Of a DNA stretch of 64,000 bases, positions 10,253 through 20,291 are shown in pieces. The notes beneath the pieces are model-generated. The model had not been told where the DNA came from and made no database searches. It saw nothing but the letters and a program-made list of their open reading frames with translations. Origin of the DNA: Candidatus Hadarchaeota archaeon (GTDB lineage Archaea > CAYQAE01 > CAYVLA01); contig CAZUNO010000006.1 in NCBI GenBank assembly GCA_964621445.1, positions 22,011-86,010 of the forward strand. Reading direction: 5' to 3'. The position numbers and the translations under genes are program-made. Positions within the stretch are counted from its first letter, which is position 1. Each line of letters begins with the position of its first letter.

Positions 10253-10410
10253 GCAGTCCGTTTGGGCTAAAATTCTATTATAAATAATTTGGATTATATG
10301 AGTTATTATATGATCTATATCATTTAAAAAAATAATAATTAAGGAATCAGACTGGATTTACCGGAGCAGGGATCACTTGGGTTCCTGACGGTATCTCGTA
10401 TCTCGAAAAC

Positions 10411-10418
10411 TATTAATA
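10411..10418 (+). promoter_or_regulatory. TATA box, probable leaderless promoter
   Basis: TATTAATA preceded by GAAAAC (BRE-like), 24 nt before GTG 10443. Confidence 0.55.
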
Positions 10419-10442
10419 AACAGGAATGTTCACCACCCGCCC

Positions 10443-11534
10443 GTGAATAGCAGAGGGAGATTTCGGGAGTCATTGAATTTCGGCAATCCTGACAAGGTAT
10501 CCATACCCTACTACCCTTTTGGGGCCAAGCCCTCCCTGGTCAGGAAGTGGCATGAGCAGGGATTACCCAGGGATGACTCGTATGTCAGGATACATGGTCT
10601 TGAGAATTGTGAACGTCTGCCCATCAAGTTGGGCCCCCTTCCGCGGTTCAGGGAGGAGGTTGTAAAGGAATTCGGCGATCACAAACTGGTCCGTAATTGG
10701 AAGGGCCAAATCGTGGAGGTCGAGAAAAACCCGGAGATGAATGACTACTACACCAAGAATTGGCACGATTTCCCGGTCAAGAACAGGGATGATTTTGAGG
10801 GGATGAAGTGGAGATACAACCCCAAGAGCCCGGGAATATACCCTGATTTCTGGGAGGATGTGGTCAGGTCATACGAGAACAGGAGGTACCCGGTTGGCCT
10901 GGTTATGATCTCCATGTTCTGGAAGGTCAGGGAATGGACTGGATTGAAAGGACTCTCGATCATGTTCCATAGGGATCCGGATTTGGTCCAGGATATGATG
11001 GATTTTTGGACCAGATACGTGATAATCGCCACCGAGAAAGCTCTCAGAGATATCGATGTTGATTACGTACTGATGAGTGATGACATGGCCTACAAGGGAA
11101 GGTCCATGATATCCCCGGATATGATGAGGGAGTTCATGCTTGATAACTACAGGAAATGGACCAAGCACTTCAGGGACCATGGTGTGGATATCATTATGAT
11201 GGATTCCGATGGGTATATCCACCAGATAGCTCCTGTTTGGGAAGAAGCGGGGATCAATGTCATCTGCCCCATGGAGGTTAATGCCGGAAACGACATGCTC
11301 GAGCTGCGAGAGGAGATGGGGCATGGTATGGCTTTCTTTGGCGGCATAGACAAGATGAAGATCGCCCTTGGAGGCCGAGCCCTCCGCAAGGAGTTCGAGT
11401 CCAAGGTTCCCCAGTTGACCCAGGACGGGGGTTATATACCCAACTGTGATCACCACCTGCCGCCCAACATAACCTACCCAAGGTATTGCGAGTACATCTC
11501 GCTTTTGAAGGAATACTGTGGTTGGGAGTCCTGA
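10443..11534 (+). CDS. Uroporphyrinogen decarboxylase / MtaA-CmuA methyltransferase family protein
   Basis: MNSRGRF...PDK, SDDMAYKGRSMISP, MDSDG, FFGGIDK, GGYIPNCDH. Confidence 0.88.
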   Translation: MNSRGRFRESLNFGNPDKVSIPYYPFGAKPSLVRKWHEQGLPRDDSYVRIHGLENCERLPIKLGPLPRFREEVVKEFGDHKLVRNWKGQIVEVEKNPEMNDYYTKNWHDFPVKNRDDFEGMKWRYNPKSPGIYPDFWEDVVRSYENRRYPVGLVMISMFWKVREWTGLKGLSIMFHRDPDLVQDMMDFWTRYVIIATEKALRDIDVDYVLMSDDMAYKGRSMISPDMMREFMLDNYRKWTKHFRDHGVDIIMMDSDGYIHQIAPVWEEAGINVICPMEVNAGNDMLELREEMGHGMAFFGGIDKMKIALGGRALRKEFESKVPQLTQDGGYIPNCDHHLPPNITYPRYCEYISLLKEYCGWES

Positions 11535-11965
11535 TTGACCTAATCCCCATTTGGGTGTCCATTATTGGTAGGGATTTGGAGATCACCCGGGAAATGCATG
11601 GATATGAGTTTCGGGTTTTCCTTCCACCTATAATGGTTCAGATGCGATTTGAGATAGGGCGGGCTTTCTGGCATATCATGTCATTTTAAATTAAATTTTC
11701 CTCTTTCTGATCAAACGTTAAGATAACATCGAAAAACGACAAAACCACTTTATTTTCATAACAAAATAGTATTTACAGATCCCAAGAAAGTTGCGGTCGG
11801 CTTTCAATATAGGACATATCATAGGGGAATATGGGGTTCTTCTCAGGCAACCTCTTTTTTGCCGTTCTTCTTGGGATCTATTTTCCCTTCACGGGTCATT
11901 ACTTTTCGGGGCCATGGACAATATAAAATAATGAATCAAGTGGTAGGTTTCCCTAGCGTGGTTCG

Positions 11966-14068
11966 TTGACGGGAGAATATCCGGATTTTGAAACCTACCT
12001 GGTTCGGTGGTGGGGAACCAAGGGATCCAAGATGAGCAGACCCATCTACAGGGTAGCAGATATCTATAACGGGAGTGCCAAGATACGTTTTGCGGCCATC
12101 CCCGGTCGTCCCCTGGGCAACTACTCCCTTCCCTACTGGCCCGTAAGGAGCTTCATTTCCTGCATCAATCCACCCGCCGAACTTCCCCAGGTCATTACCC
12201 TGGGTACGAAGGAAAGGCAGGAAAGGATATATTTCCGTAATGGGAGCAAGGCACATTCCCATTCCCTGAGGGAGGATTGGGATGGTATTGATTTTGAGGT
12301 GGCGAGAGGGGAGGATACGGTTGCCCTGAAGGCCACCAATTACGGGAGCGAGAGCCCCATTCTAATCGAAAACTTCCTTTCCCTTGAGGGAGACAGCCCG
12401 AGGGCGGTTTTTCACACCCGTGCGACCAATAAAACTGAGGAGACGATTCCGGGCGCCAGGATGGCGACCAGATTTTGCCAGGATTTCAACTGGAGCCATT
12501 TCGGCCAGTCCTCGGGGGATTATTACTGGGAACTCAAATCAGGTGCCGGCGAATCCAGGTCATTCTACGCGTTTTCCTCCGGAATGAAGCGAGGATTTGA
12601 GTTCCTATCTGCCAAGGATTGCCAGCTAGCATACGAAGTGGAAGGTCCAGGGCACGAGTGGTCGGTTGAACTTTCCCATACCGCCATGGACCTGGCTCCA
12701 GGTGAGTCCATAGGGTATCGATACACGATCTCCTGGCTGGATAGGATTCCAGAATCAGTGAGCAACCGACCTGGCCCGACATCCATCGACCCGGCGGTCC
12801 TCAATTACCGGCGGAAAAGACCAGGGGTTTACAGGAAACCGGAATTGGTTGAGCAGGGGATCGGCATTCAAAACATGTTTGCCGAAATTTGGGTGCCCAA
12901 GGCGAGGGGGCTCAATTTGAGATACGATTTCCCGGAGGGGTTGGAGGACCTGGAAACCCTGGCTGGGTGGGGGTGCAATCTCCTGATAACCGATTTGGGT
13001 GAGGCGGAACAGACCCGGACCATGATCCGTAAGGCACATGAATTAGGAATGAAGGCCTATGTGCAAGGGCGAGGCAATTTTGCATCGGGCCCTCCCCATT
13101 TCGATGAATTAAGAAAGGGCGGATTGAAATCCCCGGAAATTCCGGACGGGTTTGGCCAGGATGAGGATCACTATTACTGGTCCTCGGTTGATCCCCTGTT
13201 TGATTTCAAGGATATTTTCGAAAAAAAGAGGAGTGCAGCGACCCAGGAGGAAAGCGTAAGGTATTGGAGCAGGTGCTTCTTACAGAAGTGGAGGATGATT
13301 CGGGAGGAGGTTAGGGACATAAATCCGGAACCAGGCGTGTGGTTCTACACCCCCACCCCGGGCATCGCCCACGTGGACCCTCTGGATTACTATGACGTAT
13401 TTATGGATGAGGTCGGAAAGCTGGGAGAGGACCTGACCGTATTTCCATTTTATTACGGCGTGGAATACGATCAAGTCCAGTACATGATACGAAGATGGAA
13501 GGACCACGGCCTACCCATGGTGGTATTTCTGCCCATGCGGGATTTCATGACCAGGCCTGGCCAGTTTTTCAGATCCATAACGGCAGCCAGGAGGGGTGGA
13601 GCAGATGGCACCTGTGGATTCTCTTTCAGCGTTAGTGCCTGCGACCCAGGACAGGATTGGCAGTGGAAATCTGTTATGCTGGCGGCGCAGGCCAACTTCC
13701 CGACCCCGGAGATGAGGGCCCTAGTAAATATCGAGGAACCGGCCCGCCTGGTTGAGGCACTCGCAGCAAGGAGATTGGTTTTAGATCGCCGGTTTCCGGA
13801 AAAGGTAGAGACCAGACTGGATGAACTACTGCCAAATGGTGCTGAGAAGAAAGATCACCGGGTTAAGGGCGGGCTTGAGGTCAAGATAAAGGAGGAGGAC
13901 CCGGGTACTCGCATTCCTGCAATTGATTCTGGAAAAGGGATGATCGCCATGAAGGGAGAATCAGTAGTTCTCAGTGGCGGTAGTCAGTGTGCCCTGGACG
14001 CCTCCTACCGCTTACTGGTGAGGTATGCCCTGTTAGCGGAAGCTGAGCTCAGTGGAATCTATTCTTGA
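11966..14068 (+). CDS. Large hypothetical protein, possibly glycoside-hydrolase-like (start may be ATG 12032)
   Basis: 700-aa ORF. Central RGLNL...LAGWGCNLLI...IRKAHELGMKAYV resembles the start of a GH TIM barrel; beta-rich N-terminus. Confidence 0.6.
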   Translation: MTGEYPDFETYLVRWWGTKGSKMSRPIYRVADIYNGSAKIRFAAIPGRPLGNYSLPYWPVRSFISCINPPAELPQVITLGTKERQERIYFRNGSKAHSHSLREDWDGIDFEVARGEDTVALKATNYGSESPILIENFLSLEGDSPRAVFHTRATNKTEETIPGARMATRFCQDFNWSHFGQSSGDYYWELKSGAGESRSFYAFSSGMKRGFEFLSAKDCQLAYEVEGPGHEWSVELSHTAMDLAPGESIGYRYTISWLDRIPESVSNRPGPTSIDPAVLNYRRKRPGVYRKPELVEQGIGIQNMFAEIWVPKARGLNLRYDFPEGLEDLETLAGWGCNLLITDLGEAEQTRTMIRKAHELGMKAYVQGRGNFASGPPHFDELRKGGLKSPEIPDGFGQDEDHYYWSSVDPLFDFKDIFEKKRSAATQEESVRYWSRCFLQKWRMIREEVRDINPEPGVWFYTPTPGIAHVDPLDYYDVFMDEVGKLGEDLTVFPFYYGVEYDQVQYMIRRWKDHGLPMVVFLPMRDFMTRPGQFFRSITAARRGGADGTCGFSFSVSACDPGQDWQWKSVMLAAQANFPTPEMRALVNIEEPARLVEALAARRLVLDRRFPEKVETRLDELLPNGAEKKDHRVKGGLEVKIKEEDPGTRIPAIDSGKGMIAMKGESVVLSGGSQCALDASYRLLVRYALLAEAELSGIYS

Positions 14069-14110
14069 CCCCAGTTGGGGTGTAAACTAGGTTGTTGCTC
14101 CAATCGAGCT

Positions 14111-14755
14111 CTAGTACTTGTCGGCGCCCTTAAGGGGAAGCTCAACGAGCCAGACATTTCGGTACTTCACCGGGTTTCCGTGGTCCTGAAGGAGCAGTGG
14201 ACCTGGTTCGTCTATCCTATCATCGATTGCTCCGCCGGTTGGCCCCTGAACCTCGGTGTTGTTCTGTATAACCACGCCGTTTTGAAGGACGCTCACCCGG
14301 GCCTGACTCTCGACATTGCCCGAATCGGCCAATCGGGGTGCCTTGAAAATGATGTCGTAGGTCTGCCACTTTAGAGGTGGCTTGCAGGCGTTAACTAGGG
14401 GTGCAAATTGATCGTATACTGCGCCACAATCTCCCCTGCCCGGGACCTCAATGCCGTATGAGTCGAGAACCTGAATCTCGTAACGTCCCTGTAGATAGAC
14501 CCCGCTGTTCCCCTTAGCCTGACCGGTGGCCTCGGGCATGTCCGGTTCCATCCATTCAAGATGAAGTCTGAAATCGGCAAATTTATCCTCGGTAACTATA
14601 TCTCCGGTACCCTTGACCACTGTCATCGTTTCATCGGAGATCTTCCATCCGGCGGCTTCCCCTTCTCGGGTGTGCCAGTTGTCCAAATCCTTTCCGTTAA
14701 ACAGGACCTTTGCCTCCGCGGGAGGCTTCAGGCCCAGCGACATGTCGGAAACCAT
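14111..14755 (-). CDS. DUF1080 / 3-keto-disaccharide hydrolase family protein
   Basis: LFNGKDLDNW, DFRLHLEW, GNSGVY, YEIQVLD, LQDHGNPVKYRNVW. Confidence 0.92.
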   Translation of the reverse strand: MVSDMSLGLKPPAEAKVLFNGKDLDNWHTREGEAAGWKISDETMTVVKGTGDIVTEDKFADFRLHLEWMEPDMPEATGQAKGNSGVYLQGRYEIQVLDSYGIEVPGRGDCGAVYDQFAPLVNACKPPLKWQTYDIIFKAPRLADSGNVESQARVSVLQNGVVIQNNTEVQGPTGGAIDDRIDEPGPLLLQDHGNPVKYRNVWLVELPLKGADKY

Positions 14756-14865
14756 AACTATCCCGGATTGGTGGGTTGGTAGGCTTTCTTAAATGTGAAT
14801 GGCGTTCAGATCTGGGAAAAAGGTTAAGAGCATTACCAAGTGGTTTGGAAGGGAGACAGGTATCA

Positions 14866-16302
14866 ATGCCAAAAACGGTTCGAGAGTCGACGCGGGATAT
14901 CCAGGTCCTGGATCAATGCGATGTGTTGGTTGCCGGTGGCGGCGTCTCCGGATGTGCGGCTGCAATTTCATCAGCTAGGGCCGGGGCGGACACCGTATTG
15001 GTGGAGAGGAATGGGTGCCTTGGCGGAGTGGCCACGGCAACCCTGATGGCCAACATCGGCAACCTCTTCCTGACAGGGAGTGGCAAAAGGGTGATCAGGG
15101 GTTTCGCGGGGGAACTCGTCGATAGATTGGTAGAGGTGGGTGCCGCATCTCCGGGATGGGAACACCGGGATGTACCCGGGTGCGTGATCGATTCCGAACG
15201 GCTCAAGATAGTCCTCTCCGAGATGCTTGAATCCGAGGGGGTCAGGATTCTAACCCATTCACTGGCCACACGTCCCCTTATGGAAGGGAGATCAGTAAAG
15301 GGCGTCTTTGTGGAGAGCAAGTCCGGTAGACATGCCATTCTTTCCGGATGCACGGTTGACGCCTCGGGGGAGGCCGACCTGGCCTTCAGATCCGGTGCGG
15401 AGGTTACCATGGACGGGGGTAGCGCCAGCATTCTGTTCAAGATGGGGAGGGTTGATATCGATGCCTTGGTTGATTTCCTCTCTAGGGACTCGGATGGCTT
15501 CCCTGACGGGAAGGACTGGGTAAAGGACCTTGAAACCTTCGTTTCTAACTGGAAGGAGAGGGGGGTACTATTCTTTCCTCACGGTGGTGGTCAGGAATGG
15601 AGGTTTCTCCAGGATGTCATATCCTCCTCCGGATTCCAGACCCAGGATGGTCCAGCCTATTCACTGGACGCGGTAGGCATGTATGCCCCACGGGGAGATG
15701 GCTGTGTGGTAATCAATTCGAACTTCTACAAAATCGAGAGGCTGGAGATAACCGAGCTTTCGGATTTTGAGCTTCATGCCCAGAAGATGTGCTACAAGGT
15801 GGGGGATTTTCTCAAACGAAATGTTCCGGGGTTCTCGGACAGCTATGTTTCGCATGTGGGAGTGGACCTGGGCATAAGGACCAGCAGAGCAATTGTGGGC
15901 CGTAAATCTCTTCACCAGGACCAGGTCCGGGATACGGATGGCCCGTGGCTCTGTGATGATGCCATGGGGGTGATGCCGGTGCGGGACCCGGAAAGGAAGA
16001 GCGGCGAATTTTTCCGTGACTACACCCATGACGTACCGTTCGGGATCACAGTTCCAATTGGCGTGGATAATCTATTGGTGGGAAGCGCCAAAAGTGTTGA
16101 TACTCAACCAAGAGGCTTGATAAGGGGAATGACCGGGTGCATGATATGTGGGCAAGCCACGGGAACGGCCTGCGCATTGGCCGCTCTCAGCGACGAAAGC
16201 CCGGGTGAGGTGGAGATCAGGGATCTTCAGGAAGCCCTCCTGAAACAGGGAGTCTATCTCGGTGGCCAGGAGAGATTAATGGACCTGGGTCTTGGCGCCT
16301 GA
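14866..16302 (+). CDS. FAD-dependent oxidoreductase (FAD_oxidored family)
   Basis: DVLVAGGGVSGCAAAISSARAG, VERNGCLGG, DASGEADLA, CMICGQATGTACAL. Start moved to ATG 14866. Confidence 0.88.
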   Translation: MPKTVRESTRDIQVLDQCDVLVAGGGVSGCAAAISSARAGADTVLVERNGCLGGVATATLMANIGNLFLTGSGKRVIRGFAGELVDRLVEVGAASPGWEHRDVPGCVIDSERLKIVLSEMLESEGVRILTHSLATRPLMEGRSVKGVFVESKSGRHAILSGCTVDASGEADLAFRSGAEVTMDGGSASILFKMGRVDIDALVDFLSRDSDGFPDGKDWVKDLETFVSNWKERGVLFFPHGGGQEWRFLQDVISSSGFQTQDGPAYSLDAVGMYAPRGDGCVVINSNFYKIERLEITELSDFELHAQKMCYKVGDFLKRNVPGFSDSYVSHVGVDLGIRTSRAIVGRKSLHQDQVRDTDGPWLCDDAMGVMPVRDPERKSGEFFRDYTHDVPFGITVPIGVDNLLVGSAKSVDTQPRGLIRGMTGCMICGQATGTACALAALSDESPGEVEIRDLQEALLKQGVYLGGQERLMDLGLGA

Positions 16303-16309
16303 ATCGGGC

Positions 16310-18172
16310 TCAGTCAACGGGCTCTATTCGGAGAATTAGAGAGGCCTGGCCGTCCTGGACGGGCACGCTGAATAGGCTTCTTTTCACCGGTTGTGAGAAA
16401 TGATCATCCTCCACATCCCTCTCCTCGGTCTTGATTTCGACCTCGCCCTGGGATTCGACCTTAAGGATCCTGCTACCCTCGTCTATAAGTATTGATTTGC
16501 CCGGGGTCTTGGATATATTGCAGAAGCTGTGAACTGGTATTACCATACTTCCCTTCTGACTCTTGGAGAGCAGTTTGTCATGGATAACGATGGACCCCTT
16601 ATCGGTGCTCCTTCGGAAGGATAGCTTCCTGACCAGCCTCTCGATGCCTGCCTCTTCCGGGTAGGCCCGCGTCAAATTCATTGATAGCACGTCCTCATGG
16701 TTTGTGAAGCTCTGCTCCAGGATGGTGGCCCGATGGTCCCTGCCCCTTTCCTGCTGGCATCCGTTTACATGGGGAACATTGTGGAAAGCGGACATTATGA
16801 CCGGCTTTTGATATCTTCCCTCGCCGAAATAGTCCTTGGTGTAGGTTCCCTTGCCAAGGTCGATTATCATTGCCTTGTCATCAAGGGCCACGATGAAGTT
16901 ACCCACATCATTGTGGTTATGGCTCTCGCCGTTATTTCCTCCCTTGGCAGCTAGAACCAAACCTGGTTTTTTAGAGGACTTGGCCCTGCTTATCATCCAT
17001 TGACGACCAGAAAGGTAGACACGTCTCTCGGGCTTCCAGGTTTCCGGGGATGTCTCGGCGGGCATCCAGATTAGATCCCGTATATTGGTAACGTATCTAA
17101 ATGGCTCCAGGTCGTATTGGTACTCCGCGAATCCACGTACGTCAGCGGCACCGGTCTTCTTGGAGAGGTAATGGAGGAGGGGAACGTGGTATCCTACCTG
17201 TTGTGGACAATCGGAGAAGTTAGCAACCGTTTTCCCGGAAAAAGTCACCCTTTGGGGAAATCTGGCTATTCCCCTGAGTTCATCTGCCCTCAGAAGGGAC
17301 AATTTCCCGCCCGTTGCAGATTCCAGTAGATAAGATAGCCAGGCGAAGTTAACCATACCGTAGTTCCAGTAGCTTGCGCCCTCGTCACAGCCGCCGTCAT
17401 TCCCGAAGGAGTCCAGGAAGAGGTTCATGGACTGCATTGATTTCTCGATCATTCTTGCCAATCTATCCCGGTCCCTTAGAAGGATCAGGGCCGAACCCAC
17501 GACCCCGCAGTTACAAACGGCGGCCCAATTGTTGACCTCGCCGTTTCTGCCCTGGCCGAATAGCCAGGGGAAATCATCCCTCTCCAGAAATGGTTTCCAG
17601 CATCTTCTTTTGATCTCGTCCACGACCCTTTCCCTGATCATGGGATGTTCTTCGCAGAGAACTGGGTCCATGACGTGCAGACACTCGGCAAGGGTCAGGG
17701 CCGTTCCGGCTGACACCAGATCTACCCACTGGATGTTCTTGTATTTAGGCAGTTTCGTCCGGCTATGAGCGGGTATCACCCAGCTGCTTTCCTCGCATAT
17801 TGCCCATATTCGATCCATAATGGAGTCAAGAAAAGTGCCGTCTCGACCGGAACACTCGGCCATTACCAGGGTGCGCAAATTCCCGCGTCTCTTTCCGGCC
17901 ATTCCGTCGTGGGGTTGCCTGTTTCCGGTGCGAAAGTAGGAGAGATAGGAGGTTACCGGTATCATCTCAAGGGGTTCTTCAAGCAACCCTTCTGCCCTGG
18001 CCTGAAGGCGATCTCTCTGCAGATCCAAACGCGGGTTATCCAGGAGCAGGTTCCATCCATGTTCATCCGTATAACGGGGTATGGGATCCGAAGGTTCGGT
18101 TTCATTCAGGATCTGGCTTACCTGAGCCTTGTCCGGTTCCTCTAGCATGGAAAAACCAACCTGTGCCCACAT
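16310..18172 (-). CDS. Heparinase II/III-like polysaccharide lyase
   Basis: ICEESSWVIPAH, NNWAAVCN, DGGCDEGASYWNY, KGGNNGESHNHNDVG, SAFHNVP. Confidence 0.87.
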   Translation of the reverse strand: MWAQVGFSMLEEPDKAQVSQILNETEPSDPIPRYTDEHGWNLLLDNPRLDLQRDRLQARAEGLLEEPLEMIPVTSYLSYFRTGNRQPHDGMAGKRRGNLRTLVMAECSGRDGTFLDSIMDRIWAICEESSWVIPAHSRTKLPKYKNIQWVDLVSAGTALTLAECLHVMDPVLCEEHPMIRERVVDEIKRRCWKPFLERDDFPWLFGQGRNGEVNNWAAVCNCGVVGSALILLRDRDRLARMIEKSMQSMNLFLDSFGNDGGCDEGASYWNYGMVNFAWLSYLLESATGGKLSLLRADELRGIARFPQRVTFSGKTVANFSDCPQQVGYHVPLLHYLSKKTGAADVRGFAEYQYDLEPFRYVTNIRDLIWMPAETSPETWKPERRVYLSGRQWMISRAKSSKKPGLVLAAKGGNNGESHNHNDVGNFIVALDDKAMIIDLGKGTYTKDYFGEGRYQKPVIMSAFHNVPHVNGCQQERGRDHRATILEQSFTNHEDVLSMNLTRAYPEEAGIERLVRKLSFRRSTDKGSIVIHDKLLSKSQKGSMVIPVHSFCNISKTPGKSILIDEGSRILKVESQGEVEIKTEERDVEDDHFSQPVKRSLFSVPVQDGQASLILRIEPVD

Positions 18173-18290
18173 GGCGAAGTATATAACAGTTAGGGCCGAG
18201 GAGGGGGCTTCGGGAGCATGGTGGAGGTACTGCCTGAACTCGGGGGAAAGAACATGCTATCAGGTTAGGAATGATTCGAGGTGAGATGGA

Positions 18291-19364
18291 ATGGCGGAAG
18301 AATTCAATTTATGGGTTAGCGGATGTTCCCACGTGGGCACTGATCTCAAATCGGGGGGTCGGAGGAGTCTTTGCCAGGCCATATGCCAGAGCGAAAGGGG
18401 AGGGAGCGAGGGCGGTCCTAGCTTCAAGTGGGACATTGCCCTCCATTTGGGGGATTTCTCCGGTTCTCAGACCTCTCCAGATGACGATGAGGGGCTTGAG
18501 GTGGTGAATCAATTTGGATGTTTAAGGGATCACCTCAGGGAGGATTTCTACTGTCTAGCCGGGAACCACGACGCCAGTGGACCTGGGGAGGAATGCCAAT
18601 GGTGGTTCAGGAAATGGGTCGATCCTGAAGGAAGGAACACGGAATTCTCTAAGGTAGACCCATCCAGGAGGCCCTACGAGCTGGAGGGTACCTGGGAGAT
18701 GTACTCGGTCCGGATAGGGAATATAATTCTATTGATTATGAGCGATAGGAACGATGGCGGCCCCCCGGTGGGCAGGGGATTGAGGGGTGGATACCCTGCA
18801 GGCGCCGTCAGTGCGGAGACCTTCAACTGGTGGAGGAGATTGGTGGAGAAGAATCGGGATGGGATAGTCATTAGCGCCCATCATCACATGCTACGTGAAA
18901 CCACCGTGGCCTCAGGTCCCTGGGAGGGCTTCGAAAAGGCTGAGGACGGGACCTGGCAATCGAAGTACCATGGATACTTCCCTGATGGTGGACCAAAGGG
19001 AGCCTCATATCTCTATTTTGTTGGTGGAAAGCCGGACGCGAACTCCTTTGAAACCTTTCTCAAGGAAAATCCGGGGGCCGTTGATATCTGGTTGGGCGGA
19101 CATACCCATACAAATCCTGAAGATAGGACTGGTGGTAGATCCCATGTCGAGAACAAATGGGGTGCTACATTTGTCAACGCAGCGGCCTTGACGAAATATC
19201 ATGTGGGAAATTGTTCCGTTCCCATGAGTAGGTTAATAACATTTGTGGAGGGAAGCAGTAGAGCAACGGTTAGATGCTACCTACACACCTCCCAATTTCG
19301 GAAGCAGGGTTGGTATTTACCTGCAAAAAGAGTTATTGAACTGGGGTCCCCATTCGAGCGGTAA
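18291..19364 (+). CDS. Calcineurin-like metallophosphoesterase
   Basis: LGDF, GNHD, AHHH and GGHTH motifs; the first motif reads GCSH instead of SDxH. Confidence 0.8.
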   Translation: MAEEFNLWVSGCSHVGTDLKSGGRRSLCQAICQSERGGSEGGPSFKWDIALHLGDFSGSQTSPDDDEGLEVVNQFGCLRDHLREDFYCLAGNHDASGPGEECQWWFRKWVDPEGRNTEFSKVDPSRRPYELEGTWEMYSVRIGNIILLIMSDRNDGGPPVGRGLRGGYPAGAVSAETFNWWRRLVEKNRDGIVISAHHHMLRETTVASGPWEGFEKAEDGTWQSKYHGYFPDGGPKGASYLYFVGGKPDANSFETFLKENPGAVDIWLGGHTHTNPEDRTGGRSHVENKWGATFVNAAALTKYHVGNCSVPMSRLITFVEGSSRATVRCYLHTSQFRKQGWYLPAKRVIELGSPFER

Positions 19365-19393
19365 AAAAAGAAAGAATGGGGCGTTTTGTTTTC

Positions 19394-19720
19394 CTACCAC
19401 CGGCCTCTTCCACGGGCTCCACGCCCGCGACCGAAGCCTCCGCCCCTTCCGAAGCCCATACCCAAGCCCATTCTGGGGTATCCCCAGGCCGGACGCGCAT
19501 AGGGTCTCGGATAAGGTGCTACGGGAGCTCCATATGGGGAGGGGTAACCATAGGACCCTTGGTAGGGAAATCTATATGGACCATAGGCTGGGTAATTCGA
19601 TCGATTGTATGTGGCGGGATTCGGTGCCCCATAGACCGGATAGGACCCAGAACATGGTCCTCTCATTCCGCCTGTCATTTGACCCATTCCCCTTGGCCCT
19701 GTTCCATCAAATCCTGGCAA
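19394..19720 (-). CDS. DUF5320-like Gly/Tyr/Pro/Arg-rich small protein
   Basis: N-terminus MPGFDGTGPRGMGQMTGG...C and GMGFGRGGGFGRGRG tail match the family pattern; GAGGTGA SD upstream. Confidence 0.78.
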   Translation of the reverse strand: MPGFDGTGPRGMGQMTGGMRGPCSGSYPVYGAPNPATYNRSNYPAYGPYRFPYQGSYGYPSPYGAPVAPYPRPYARPAWGYPRMGLGMGFGRGGGFGRGRGARGRGRW

Positions 19721-19738
19721 TAATTTTCACCTCGGCAT

Positions 19739-19756
19739 TATGTGCATAAGCACATA
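19739..19756. promoter_or_regulatory. Palindromic operator-like site upstream of the DUF5320-like gene
   Basis: TATGTGC-ATAA-GCACATA inverted repeat abutting a minus-strand TTAATATA TATA box. Confidence 0.65.
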
Positions 19757-19805
19757 TATTAATGTTTCGAACTCAATCCAAGTTGCCCTTGGTGGTAAAC
19801 GGATG

Positions 19806-20291
19806 CTAGTCCGCGGTGACGGATGGAGATTTCAGACCGATCTCCTCGGTTATGGAAACTAGCTTGACCATAAGGAGGTCCTGTTTGGAGTCCAGAGAGG
19901 ACCATCCGTCCCTGGGATCAATGCCATGCGCAGCCAAAAAGTTACTGGATAGTCTGCTTCGTCCCTGCTCTACCATCCTTCCGATGACCTCCTCCCTCTC
20001 ACGGGGATCAGTAACGTAATCAAGACTGCCCCTTAGCACCACGAATTTATAGTCCGAGAGATCCGGAGCATACTCCTCGATCTCCACGCATACCCTTTTA
20101 TCCCTGTCTAAGAGCTTCATCTTCTTGCCATAGTGAGTGAAATGAAAATAGAGCATCCCATTATGGTAGACATACTGAAAGGGAGCCATGTAGGGATAGT
20201 CGTCCTCCTTGAAGGCTATGCGGCACAGGTTGTTCTCCTTAATCAGATTCAATATCTCGCTTTTTGTCATTCTAGGTAGCTTGAATACCAT
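19806..20291 (-). CDS. Pyridoxamine 5'-phosphate oxidase-like (NimA-like) flavin-binding protein
   Basis: LCRIAF...YPYMAPFQYVY...LYFHF...GKKM...VCVEIE. Confidence 0.87.
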   Translation of the reverse strand: MVFKLPRMTKSEILNLIKENNLCRIAFKEDDYPYMAPFQYVYHNGMLYFHFTHYGKKMKLLDRDKRVCVEIEEYAPDLSDYKFVVLRGSLDYVTDPREREEVIGRMVEQGRSRLSSNFLAAHGIDPRDGWSSLDSKQDLLMVKLVSITEEIGLKSPSVTAD

